From Candidatus Methylomirabilia bacterium (GTDB lineage: Bacteria; Methylomirabilota; Methylomirabilia; Rokubacteriales; CSP1-6): a DNA stretch of 64,000 nucleotides. Below, piece after piece: positions 20,610 through 29,369 of the stretch. A model generated the notes under the pieces. That model did not search any database, was not told the DNA's origin, and was given only the letters and a program-made list of their open reading frames with translations. The stretch is taken from NCBI GenBank assembly GCA_041497895.1, contig JBGQHJ010000003.1, positions 1 to 64,000 on the forward strand, written 5' to 3'. The first letter of the stretch is position 1. Each line of letters starts with the position of its first letter. The translations under genes and the position numbers were made by a program.

Positions 20610-21293
20610 TTACTTCCTCGTCGAGGACGGGGTCTCGGAGCCGCCGCCCGTCGCGGAGCCCCGTTTGCGCCGGCGGACGGTCCTCACCTTGCCGCTACTT
20701 CCTCCTCCGCAGAAGAACAGATCGCCGCCATCGGACTCGAGCCCCGAGAGGCCCACTCCGGGCGGCATCTCGAGCCTCTCCAGAACCTCTCCCGTCCGAG
20801 GATCGACTCGCCGCAACTCGCTCTCGTCACCTTCCCAGGTGCCGTGCCACAGCTCTCCGTCGACCCAGGTGACCCCGGTGACGAAGCGGTTGGACTCGAT
20901 CGTGCGAAGAACCGACCCGGTCTGGGGATCGATTTGATAGATCTTCCGGTCCCGATACTGCCCCACCCAGAGCGTTCCTTCGGCCCACGTGAGCCCCGAG
21001 TCACCACCGCCGCCGGGGGCCGGGATCGTGGCGAGCACCCTGCCGGTCTTCGGGTCGATCTTCTGGATGCGATCCTCGGCGAGCTGAAACAGGTGCTGGC
21101 CGTCGAAGGCTGTTCCTGCATGCGCGGCGACCTCGATCGAGCGAAGCGTCTTCCCGCTAGCAGGATCGAAGGCGTTCAGCCGGTCTCCAGACGCAAACCA
21201 GACGTTCTGACCGTCATACGTGACTCCATGCACGCGGTCGGCACCCGGAAAGGGCCCATACTCACGGACGATCTCGGCGGTTGATCGACCCAT
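20610..21293 (-). CDS. Glutamine cyclotransferase-like/Vgb-like beta-propeller protein, no signal peptide
   Basis: Repeated GVTYDG/GTAFDG/GLTWAEG/GVTWVDG blades with IDPxTG turns. Confidence 0.8.
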   Translation of the reverse strand: MGRSTAEIVREYGPFPGADRVHGVTYDGQNVWFASGDRLNAFDPASGKTLRSIEVAAHAGTAFDGQHLFQLAEDRIQKIDPKTGRVLATIPAPGGGGDSGLTWAEGTLWVGQYRDRKIYQIDPQTGSVLRTIESNRFVTGVTWVDGELWHGTWEGDESELRRVDPRTGEVLERLEMPPGVGLSGLESDGGDLFFCGGGSSGKVRTVRRRKRGSATGGGSETPSSTRK

Positions 21294-21302
21294 GCGTTTA
21301 TT

Positions 21303-22523
21303 CTAGTCGGTCGCCAGAGGCGGGGGGAGTAACAAGGTGGTCGTGAATCCCGGCACGGGAGGGGTCACCCAACGACGAGCTCGCCCGCGACCGAACGACT
21401 GCACCTTGCCCGCCGCCTCGAGCGAGTCGAGCGCCCGCTGCACCGTGCGCTGGCTCGTCCCCAGCGCCAGAGCAAGGGCCGAGCTCGACCACGATTCCCC
21501 GTCGCCGAGAAAGGCGAGCACCCACGCATGCTCCTCCTCGACGGGCGGGGCCAGCACGACCACCTCGCGTGCGCGGCGCGGCCTCAGCGCGAAACCTCGC
21601 TTCGTCGCGCTCACGTCCGCCAGCGTCCGAAGCACCGCGCGAAGCCGCCCGACTTCGACCCGCAACCGCGCCCGATACGATTCATCGGCGAGCTTCGATC
21701 CGAATGCCCGCGCAACGAGCGCGTCCCTCGGAGCGTCTCCTGGCCACGCTTCGCTCAGCGCGCGTGCGAGCGCGAAGAGCACCGGACGCCTTGCGAGCGA
21801 GACCACCGTGCCGGCACGGCGCACGACGCGACGGCACGCGTCCACGACGAATGCCCTCGACCCCAGCACCGCTTCGACCTCCTCGAGCAGGAGGGCTCGC
21901 TCCCCGCCCCTCGCAATCAGGCGCGCCGCGGGCGTGCTCAGAACGAGGTATGCGCTCTCCACCTCCGCGGTCAGCGCCGGGATGCGTGCGTGGTGCGCTG
22001 CGCGCTTGGCCCGAGCGAGCGCGGCGCGCGCCACCTCCGTTCTGAGGCGTCGAATCGCGATCCCCGCGACCACCAGCTCGTGGGCGGTCCTCGACGCGGG
22101 AGGGAGAGGCGCGGGGTCGAGCTCGGCGAGCGCACGCTCGGCTTCGTCGATGCGCCCGATCAGGAGGAGACGCCGGACCTCGAGATACCGTGCGTGCGCG
22201 GCGTTTACCCGGTCGCCGTGCGCTTCGAGCGTCGCCCGCGCCGCGTCGAGCGCCTTCGCAGGCCAGCCGAGGTCGCGCGAGACGAGCGCGATCTCGGCCT
22301 CGGCGACGACGCACCTCGCGCGGGCCACGGCCTCTTTCGGACCGAAGGCACGCGCAGCACGTCGCAGGAGGGCCTTCGCCCGAGCGAGATCGCCGAGCTG
22401 CGCCATCGCAATGCCTCGAAGCGCGAGCGCAGGCGCGTCGTCGCGCAGGGCGACCCGCTTCAATGCGCCGAGGGGATCACCCGCCGCCAGCGCACGCGCC
22501 GCCGCCGTGATCAGCGAGTCCAT
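21303..22523 (-). CDS. Helix-turn-helix regulator with helical N-terminal region
   Basis: MDSLITAAARALAAGDPLGAL start; RARLRVEVGRLR winged-helix-like segment; C-terminal SSSALALALGTSQRTVQRAL HTH. Confidence 0.82.
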   Translation of the reverse strand: MDSLITAAARALAAGDPLGALKRVALRDDAPALALRGIAMAQLGDLARAKALLRRAARAFGPKEAVARARCVVAEAEIALVSRDLGWPAKALDAARATLEAHGDRVNAAHARYLEVRRLLLIGRIDEAERALAELDPAPLPPASRTAHELVVAGIAIRRLRTEVARAALARAKRAAHHARIPALTAEVESAYLVLSTPAARLIARGGERALLLEEVEAVLGSRAFVVDACRRVVRRAGTVVSLARRPVLFALARALSEAWPGDAPRDALVARAFGSKLADESYRARLRVEVGRLRAVLRTLADVSATKRGFALRPRRAREVVVLAPPVEEEHAWVLAFLGDGESWSSSALALALGTSQRTVQRALDSLEAAGKVQSFGRGRARRWVTPPVPGFTTTLLLPPPLATD

Positions 22524-22532
22524 CGGAATCCC

Positions 22533-22546
22533 GTCACACTTGTAAC
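22533..22546. promoter_or_regulatory. Imperfect palindrome GTCACA-CT-TGTAAC in a divergent promoter; candidate operator
   Basis: Immediately upstream of the regulator start, in the AT-richer divergent intergenic region. Confidence 0.4.
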
Positions 22547-22645
22547 TCCCACCGTTCGATACCTGGCGCTAAATCTATCTCATGACCAGCAACGAGCGAT
22601 AGCCGGCCCACGGATGAAGGACACCCGCAGAAGGAGAGACAAGCG

Positions 22646-23437
22646 ATGACGAAGCACAGAACCGGGACACGTCGGGAGTGGCTCGCAGCGCGGCTCGAGC
22701 TGCTCGAAACGGAGAAGGAACTCACGCGGCGCAGCGACGAGCTGGCGCGGCGGCGGCAGGAGCTGCCGTGGGTCCGGATCGACCAGGAGTATCGATTCGA
22801 GACCGACGAGGGGCGCGCCTCGCTGGCAGACCTCTTCCGGGGGCGCTCGCAGCTCCTCGTCTACCACTTCATGTTCGGGCCCGACTACACGGCGGGGTGC
22901 CCGTCCTGCTCGGCGATCGCGGACGGGTTCGACGGCTTCGCCGTCCACCTGGCCAACCACGACGTCACGCTTTCGGCGGTGTCGCGGGCGCCTCTCGCGA
23001 AACTGCAGACGTACAAGCGGCGGATGGGATGGACGTTCCCCTGGGCGTCCTCGCTCGGCGGCGACTTCAACATCGACTTCAACGTCCGGTTCACCGAGGA
23101 GCAACAGCGCGCGGGGGGCATCGAATACAACTACCGGCGCGAGGCGGCGTGGAGTGTGCGGTTGACCTCGGGCGGGCTGAGCCGGGACGCGGGCGGCGAC
23201 GGGCCGGTCGCCGAGATGGCGGCCATGACCGGAACCGACGTGGCCACGTACACGCGCGAGAGGCCGGGCATGAGCGCGTTCGTGCTCGAGGACGGCATCG
23301 TCTACCACGCCTATTCCACCTATGCGCGCGGGCTGGACGGCCTCTGGGGCATGTACCAGTGGCTCGACCGCGCCCCCAAGGGGCGTAACGAGACGGGCGT
23401 CTGGTGGCGCCGCCACGACGAGTACGACAAGCGCTGA
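22646..23437 (+). CDS. DUF899 thioredoxin-fold protein
   Basis: EWLAARLELLETEKELTR, LADLFRGRSQLLVYHFMF, GCPSCS and LDRAPKGRNE. Confidence 0.92.
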   Translation: MTKHRTGTRREWLAARLELLETEKELTRRSDELARRRQELPWVRIDQEYRFETDEGRASLADLFRGRSQLLVYHFMFGPDYTAGCPSCSAIADGFDGFAVHLANHDVTLSAVSRAPLAKLQTYKRRMGWTFPWASSLGGDFNIDFNVRFTEEQQRAGGIEYNYRREAAWSVRLTSGGLSRDAGGDGPVAEMAAMTGTDVATYTRERPGMSAFVLEDGIVYHAYSTYARGLDGLWGMYQWLDRAPKGRNETGVWWRRHDEYDKR

Positions 23438-23439
23438 GC

Positions 23440-24231
23440 ATGGCTTCCGAGCGATCGTCCCGGCGCTTCTTCTTCGGCGGCGCGGCGCTGCTCTTCGCCG
23501 CCAGCGCCGCGCTGACGATCACCTGGTGCGAGTCCATGTCGGCGATGGGCGGGATGCCGATGCCCGGCGGCTGGACCATGTCGATGGCGTGGATGCGGAT
23601 GCCCGGACAGACGTGGCCCGGCGCCGCGGCGTCGTTCCTCGGTATGTGGGTCGTGATGATGGTGGCGATGATGCTGCCATCCCTGGTCCCCATGCTGTGG
23701 CGCTACCGCCAGGCCGTCGGCAGCGCCGGCGAGGCGCGCCGGGCTCGGCCGACCGCGCTCGTGGGGGTCGGGTACTTCTCCGTGTGGGCCGTGTTCGGAA
23801 TGGCCACGTTCCCGCTCGGCATCGCGTTGGCGGCGGTCGAGATGCGGCAGCCGGCGCTGGCGCGCGCCGTTCCGATCGCGGTCGGCGGGGTCGTCCTGAT
23901 CGCCGGCGCGCTCCAGTTCACCGAGTGGAAGGCGCGTCACCTTGCCTGCTGCCGGGCGGCACCCGAACCCGGCGGTACGCGGCCGGCCGACGCCGGCACG
24001 GCCTGGCGACACGGCCTGCGCCTCGGTCTCCACTGCAGCTACTGCTGCGGCGGTCTGATGGCGATTCTCCTGGTCATCGGGGTCATGGACCTTCGCGCGA
24101 TGGCGGTCGTGGGGGCCGCCATCACCGTCGAACGTCTCGCCCCGGCTGGTGAGCGCGTCGCGCGAGCCATCGGCGCCGTCGTCGTCGGGGCAGGGTTCTT
24201 TCTGATCGCACGAGCAGCCGGGCTCGGCTGA
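23440..24231 (+). CDS. DUF2182 predicted metal-binding integral membrane protein
   Basis: Met-rich N-terminus; MWVVMMVAMMLPS, QFTEWKARHLACC and GLHCSYCCGGLM. Confidence 0.9.
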   Translation: MASERSSRRFFFGGAALLFAASAALTITWCESMSAMGGMPMPGGWTMSMAWMRMPGQTWPGAAASFLGMWVVMMVAMMLPSLVPMLWRYRQAVGSAGEARRARPTALVGVGYFSVWAVFGMATFPLGIALAAVEMRQPALARAVPIAVGGVVLIAGALQFTEWKARHLACCRAAPEPGGTRPADAGTAWRHGLRLGLHCSYCCGGLMAILLVIGVMDLRAMAVVGAAITVERLAPAGERVARAIGAVVVGAGFFLIARAAGLG

Positions 24232-24294
24232 CGCATCCGCATCGTAGATATCGGTCGCTACGCGCGCGACGAGGAGTGAAGGCCGCGGGCGCGG

Positions 24295-25869
24295 CTATCG
24301 TAGCTTGTAGCGTTGGATCTTGCCGGTCGCCGTCTTGGGAAGCGCGTCATCGAACTCTATCCACCGCGGATACTGGTAGGGCGCGATGGTGCTCTTGACG
24401 TGCGCCTTCAGCTCCTCGGCCAGGCGATCGGCCGCTTGGAAGCCGTCGCGCAACACGACGAAGGCCTTCGGCTTGATGAGTCCGTCGCTATCCTCCTGTC
24501 CCACGACGGCGGCCTCCAGCACCGCGGGATGGCTTACCAGTGCCGCCTCGACCTCGGCCGGCGAGACCCAGTGCCCGCTCACCCGCAGGAGATCGTCGGC
24601 GCGTCCTATGTACCAGTAGTAGCCGTCGACGTCCTGACGGTACTTGTCTCCGGTGTGGTACCACTCGCCCTGCAGAACCCGTCTCGTGACGTCCTGTCGG
24701 TGCCAGTAGCCCGCGAAGACGCTGCCGCCGCTGACGAGCAGATTGCCGATCTCGCCCTCCGGCACGTCGGCGCCACTGTCGTCCACCAAGCGGATCCGGT
24801 AGCCGGGCACCGCCCGGCCCGAGCTCCCCGGGCGCGCCTCGCCGGCGCGATTGCTGATGAAGATGTGCAGCGCTTCCGTCGTTCCGATTCCGTCGAGGAT
24901 CTCGACCCGGAACCGTTCGCGCCAGCGGCGGTAGAGGTCGGCGGCCAGCGGCTCGGCGGCGGCGAAGCACACGCGGACGCTGGAGAGGTCCGCCGGCTCC
25001 CCCCGCGATGCCGCCTGGAGCATCTGGGCATACAGGGTCGGCACGCCGACGAAGACGGTGGCGCGGTGCTCGCGGACGAGATGGAACATTCGGGCGGGGG
25101 TGCTGCGCTCCGCGTTCAGCACAACGGTCGCACCCGCCTTCAGGGCGAAGTAGGTAGTGAATCCGAGCGGGTAGGCGTGGAAGCACGGACTGCCGCACAC
25201 GATGACGTCACCAGGGCGCAGCTCGACGAACGGTGCCGCGTAGAGGCGCTCGCTGTGCAGCATATCTCGCTGCAGGTGCACGGCCCACTTTGGTCTTCCC
25301 GTGCTGCCCGATGTATGGAGCCAGAAGGCGGCGTCTTCGCTCGTGGTCGGCGCCGCCTCCAGGTCGGCCGGCGCCTCGTGCACGAGCGTGCCGAAGTCGT
25401 GCTCCCCGGGCTGCGACGCCCCGCCGCCGACGATGAGCACGTGTCGCAGGAAGGGCCACCGGCCGCGGCGCTCACGAAGTGGCCCCCACAACGCCGCCGT
25501 GGTGACGATGGCGCGAGCCCGGCTGTCGGCCAGCAAGAAGGTCTGCTCATCTGGGGTGACCGCGAAGCTCATCGGGGTCGGCACCGCACCGATCTTGATG
25601 GCGCCGAAGAACGAGGTCACGAACTCCAGACGGTTGGGCAGCAGGATCGCGACACGGTGCTCGAGCTCGACGCCCAACGCGGCCAGCGCGTTGCCCGCCT
25701 GGTTCACCCCCCTCTGCAGCTCGGCATATGTGACCTGTTGGCTCTCGTGGATGTACGCAACCCGATCACCGTGCCCTGCCGCGACGGCTCCATCGACGTA
25801 CTCGACGGCGACGTTCAACACCTCCGGCACATCGACCTCCGGAAGAGTGGTCGTCGGGTTTCCGCTCAT
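24295..25869 (-). CDS. Benzoate-CoA ligase-family AMP-dependent acyl-CoA synthetase
   Basis: TSGSTGRPK, DGIGTTEALHIFISN, TGDKY, GRADD and LPKTATGKIQRYKLR. Confidence 0.9.
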   Translation of the reverse strand: MSGNPTTTLPEVDVPEVLNVAVEYVDGAVAAGHGDRVAYIHESQQVTYAELQRGVNQAGNALAALGVELEHRVAILLPNRLEFVTSFFGAIKIGAVPTPMSFAVTPDEQTFLLADSRARAIVTTAALWGPLRERRGRWPFLRHVLIVGGGASQPGEHDFGTLVHEAPADLEAAPTTSEDAAFWLHTSGSTGRPKWAVHLQRDMLHSERLYAAPFVELRPGDVIVCGSPCFHAYPLGFTTYFALKAGATVVLNAERSTPARMFHLVREHRATVFVGVPTLYAQMLQAASRGEPADLSSVRVCFAAAEPLAADLYRRWRERFRVEILDGIGTTEALHIFISNRAGEARPGSSGRAVPGYRIRLVDDSGADVPEGEIGNLLVSGGSVFAGYWHRQDVTRRVLQGEWYHTGDKYRQDVDGYYWYIGRADDLLRVSGHWVSPAEVEAALVSHPAVLEAAVVGQEDSDGLIKPKAFVVLRDGFQAADRLAEELKAHVKSTIAPYQYPRWIEFDDALPKTATGKIQRYKLR

Positions 25870-25937
25870 GCGTGTTCCCTCTCCTGTCGATCACCGGCCC
25901 CGCCGACCGTCATGGCGTGGACCATACGTCCGGCTGG

Positions 25938-27494
25938 CTACCGCGCCAGCCACGCGTTCCAGAAGTAGAGGAAGGGCCCCGGCTTGAACCCGCGCAGCTC
26001 CTTGCGCGTCGCCTGCAGCGTATAGTAGTCGCCGAGCTTGATGCGTCCCACGTCCTCGTAGAAGATCGCCTGCACCCGCTCGATCAGCGCGCGCCGCTTC
26101 TTCGGATCGGTCTCGCGCGTCATCTCGGCCAGCAGCCGGTCCTTCTCCTCGTGGCACCACCAGCCCGGCCAGTTGCACTGCACCGACGAGGACAGCGCCG
26201 GGTCCGGGCTCAGGGTGAAGCCGGTGGAGAAGACGTCGAACAGCTCGGGCTTGTTGCGCCGCTGCACCAGGGTGGCCCAGTCCACCACCTGCAGGTCGAC
26301 GACGAATCCCACCTCCTCCATCTGCTGCTTGGCCACCACCGCGGTGTTGTACATCCACTCGTACTCCTTGGTGGTGATCCATCGCACCGGCTGTCCGGAG
26401 TAGCCCGCCTCCTTGAGGAGCGCACGGGCGCGGTCCTTGCTCTTCAGGTTGTATGCGGTGACGCCGGCGGTGGAGTAGAAGGCGGGCTGCTCCGGATAGA
26501 AGAGCGCACCCGAGAGCCGGTAGAACTCCTTGTTGCCGATGCCGGCCGCCATGATCGGCTCCATGTCGAGCACCGCCTGGAGTGCCTGGCGGACCTTCTT
26601 GTTGGCCATCACGCCCTGCTTGTGATTGGGCACCGCGGTGATCCAGCCGTACGGCTTCACCGCCGCGGCCGAGACGTCGCCGCGGCTCTTGATCCCGTCG
26701 TACTTGTCCTGGTTGATGCTGTTGGCGAAGTGGTACTCGCCGGTCTCCACCCCCGCGAGGCGCACCGCCACGTCCGGCACCGGAATGAAGAGGATCTCGT
26801 CCGCGTAGGCGGTCCGCCGGCCCCCGTAGCCGTTGGGCGCTTCGCTCCGCGCCGCGTACTCCTTGAAGCGCGCCACCTTGATGTGGCGGTCGGGCCGGTG
26901 CTCGACGAAGCGATAGGGGCCGGTGCCGATGAACTCCTTGATCTGCCCATCGCCGGCGGCCGCGATCACTTCCTTGGGATGGATCACGCCGCCGTTGTTG
27001 GGGCTGGCCAGCGCGTAGAGGAGCGAGCCCGACGGCTCCTTCAGGTGGATCACCACCGTGTACGGGTCCTTCGCCTCGACCGCCTCGACCGCCCGCCACA
27101 CCGCCTTGCCGGTGGTGGCCACCTTGCCCCAGCGGTTGAGCGAGGCCGCCACGTCGGCCGAGGTCATCTCCTTGCCGTTGTGGAAGCGGACGCCCTTGCG
27201 CAGGACGATGGTGTACCGCCGGCCGTCGTTGGTCATGGTGTACGACTCGGCCAGCATCGGGATCGGCGCGTAGCCCGCGTCGTACGTGAAGAGGCCCTCG
27301 TAGATGTGGAAGGTGATCTCCTGCGTGATGACCGCGGTGGTCCAGTGCAGGTCGAGCGTCGGCGGCTCGCCGATCATCGCCGCCTTCAGGACGCCGCCGG
27401 CCCGGGGCGTCTCCTGCGCCGACACCGAGATCGCCTGAGCCGTCACCAGCACCGCCGCCGATACCAGGAGCGCGAGCACGCGTCGAGTGATCAT
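25938..27494 (-). CDS. Family 5 (peptide/nickel) ABC substrate-binding protein, orphan
   Basis: Signal peptide; EPPTLD, LRKGVRFHNG and IGTGPYRF. Confidence 0.92.
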   Translation of the reverse strand: MITRRVLALLVSAAVLVTAQAISVSAQETPRAGGVLKAAMIGEPPTLDLHWTTAVITQEITFHIYEGLFTYDAGYAPIPMLAESYTMTNDGRRYTIVLRKGVRFHNGKEMTSADVAASLNRWGKVATTGKAVWRAVEAVEAKDPYTVVIHLKEPSGSLLYALASPNNGGVIHPKEVIAAAGDGQIKEFIGTGPYRFVEHRPDRHIKVARFKEYAARSEAPNGYGGRRTAYADEILFIPVPDVAVRLAGVETGEYHFANSINQDKYDGIKSRGDVSAAAVKPYGWITAVPNHKQGVMANKKVRQALQAVLDMEPIMAAGIGNKEFYRLSGALFYPEQPAFYSTAGVTAYNLKSKDRARALLKEAGYSGQPVRWITTKEYEWMYNTAVVAKQQMEEVGFVVDLQVVDWATLVQRRNKPELFDVFSTGFTLSPDPALSSSVQCNWPGWWCHEEKDRLLAEMTRETDPKKRRALIERVQAIFYEDVGRIKLGDYYTLQATRKELRGFKPGPFLYFWNAWLAR

Positions 27495-27513
27495 GCGGGC
27501 ACTATCGCCGAAC

Positions 27514-27542
27514 TTGCCCGCCCGGTCCAGGGCCGTGATACT
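27514..27542 (+). promoter_or_regulatory. Candidate sigma70 promoter TTGCCC-N17-GATACT, 8 nt upstream of the serpin ATG (leaderless)
   Basis: Canonical 17-nt spacing; no SD before ATG 27551. Confidence 0.45.
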
Positions 27543-27550
27543 GGCCTCCC

Positions 27551-28771
27551 ATGGTCGACGCGAGTCCAGCGGTCCTGGCGTCGAATGCCCTCACCGCCCG
27601 ATGGGTCGAGGTGGCGGGCCGGCACCGAGGAGACTTCGCGGTCTCGGGCGCCGCGGTCTGGCCGCTTCTGGCCGCGCTCGCCGGCGGGGCGGCGGGGAAG
27701 GCCCGCGCCGAGCTCGAGCACGCGATCGGCATGCCGGTCGACGGCGCGATGGCGGGCGCCGGCGACGTGATCGCCGCGATCGATCGCGCCGCCGGCGCGC
27801 GGGGAGCGATCGGTCTTTGGGTGCGCGAGAACTTTCCGCTCCGCGCGGACTGGGCGTCCGCGCTTCCGGCAAGCGCCCGGGGACTGCTCCTCGGCCCGCC
27901 CGAGCAAGATCAGGCAATCCTCGATGCCTGGGTGAAGGAGCGGACCCTCGGGATCCTCGATCGTCTGCCGACCCGGATCGACGACGCCACGTTGCTGGTG
28001 CTCGCGGGCTGCCTGGCCATCCGCACCCGCTGGGAGACGCCGTTCGAGACCTGCGATTCTCCCGACCCCGTCCCGGCCGGCCCATGGGCGGGGCGCATCC
28101 TCCACGCGCTCACCGCCAGCTTCGAGGACCTCGACCGGATCACGGTCCTGGACACTCGGGCGGGAGCGCTGACGATCTTCGATTCACTGGGCGCGGACGA
28201 CGTCGACGTCCATCTGGTCATCGGCCCGGAGCAAAGCCCCCCCGGCGCGGTCCTCAGCGAGGGCATCGCCGCGCTGGCCGGAGAGCGGCCGTGGCGCGGC
28301 GGAGGCGAGCTCCGCCCCGGGGAGACCGCCCCCGGACTCATCGTCGAGGAGGAGCAGCGCGCCAATCCCGATCCTCCCGCCATCGAGATCCAGACCGTCG
28401 CGTTCGAGGTGACGGCCGACCACGATCTGAATGACGAGGCAGACCTCTTTGGCTTGAGCGCCGCAGCGGACCTCAGCCAGCGCCCGTTCCCCGGCATCAG
28501 CGACCGGCCCCTCGCGGTTCAGCAGGCGAGGCAATCCGTGAAAGCCGCGTTCGGCGCCGTGGACTTCGAGGCGGCCGCCATCACGAGCATCGCCTTGTGG
28601 GGCATGGCGCTCGCTCCTCCTCCATCTCGGCACACGGTGCGCGTGATCCGCGTGACGTTCGACCGGCCGTTCGGCTTCGTCGCCGTCGACCGCACGAGCC
28701 GGCTCGTGCTCGTGGCGGGCTGGGTCGAGAACCCGATGCGGCACCCGTACGCCGAGGAGCCCGAGAACTGA
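27551..28771 (+). CDS. Serpin-family protein (divergent)
   Basis: LDAWVKERTLGIL, TRWETPF, FEAAAITS hinge and C-terminal VTFDRPFGFVAVDRTSRLVLVAGWVENP serpin signature. Confidence 0.82.
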   Translation: MVDASPAVLASNALTARWVEVAGRHRGDFAVSGAAVWPLLAALAGGAAGKARAELEHAIGMPVDGAMAGAGDVIAAIDRAAGARGAIGLWVRENFPLRADWASALPASARGLLLGPPEQDQAILDAWVKERTLGILDRLPTRIDDATLLVLAGCLAIRTRWETPFETCDSPDPVPAGPWAGRILHALTASFEDLDRITVLDTRAGALTIFDSLGADDVDVHLVIGPEQSPPGAVLSEGIAALAGERPWRGGGELRPGETAPGLIVEEEQRANPDPPAIEIQTVAFEVTADHDLNDEADLFGLSAAADLSQRPFPGISDRPLAVQQARQSVKAAFGAVDFEAAAITSIALWGMALAPPPSRHTVRVIRVTFDRPFGFVAVDRTSRLVLVAGWVENPMRHPYAEEPEN

Positions 28772-28835
28772 GGCCGGGCGCGGGCGGGCCGAGTTACACT
28801 ACCGGCCTCGGCCCCGAGGGCCAGGAGGAGCGATC

Positions 28836-29357
28836 ATGAGCCAGACCGCCAGCCCCACCGCCAATGAGGCCGACCGCGCGCGCGGCCGCGCCGTCGTCGT
28901 GCAGCCGGAGGACGGCCCCTCGTACTGGCAGCCCGTCCCCGCCAACGGCCACGCCGATCCGAAGCTCTACCCGGCGCGCACCGGCTTCGCGGGCCACGCC
29001 ATGGGCTTCCAGACCATCGCCCCCGGCAGCCGCGTGCGCGAGCACTCGCACGGCGACCAGGTCGAGCTGCAGATCTGCTTCCGGGGCCGCGGGCGCGCGG
29101 TGGTCGACGGCGTGAGCCACCCGCTCGTGCCCGGCACCTCCTGCTTCCTGGGCTACGACGTCAAGCACGAGCTGATCAACGAGAACCCGGACGAGGACCT
29201 GGTGATGCTGTGGGTGATCACCCCACCCGGCCTCGAGGACTTCTTCCAGGCCATCGGCCGCCCGCGGGAGCCCGGCGCGCCCGCTCCCGCGCCGTTCGAG
29301 CGGCCGCAGGACGTGATCGCGATCGAGCGTCGCATGGGCATGAACGACACGAAGTAG
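28836..29357 (+). CDS. Cupin-domain protein
   Basis: EHSHGDQVE...KHELIN; PPGLEDFF. Confidence 0.88.
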   Translation: MSQTASPTANEADRARGRAVVVQPEDGPSYWQPVPANGHADPKLYPARTGFAGHAMGFQTIAPGSRVREHSHGDQVELQICFRGRGRAVVDGVSHPLVPGTSCFLGYDVKHELINENPDEDLVMLWVITPPGLEDFFQAIGRPREPGAPAPAPFERPQDVIAIERRMGMNDTK

Positions 29358-29369
29358 CGGGCCCGGGCC

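Larger units (their letters stand above)
20199..24273. mobile_element. Putative acquired segment bounded by a 23-bp direct repeat (20199-20221 and 24251-24273)
   Basis: TCGGCCGCTACGCGCGCGACGAG versus TCGGTCGCTACGCGCGCGACGAG (22/23 identical); enclosed genes have visibly more A/T-ending codons. Confidence 0.45.
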
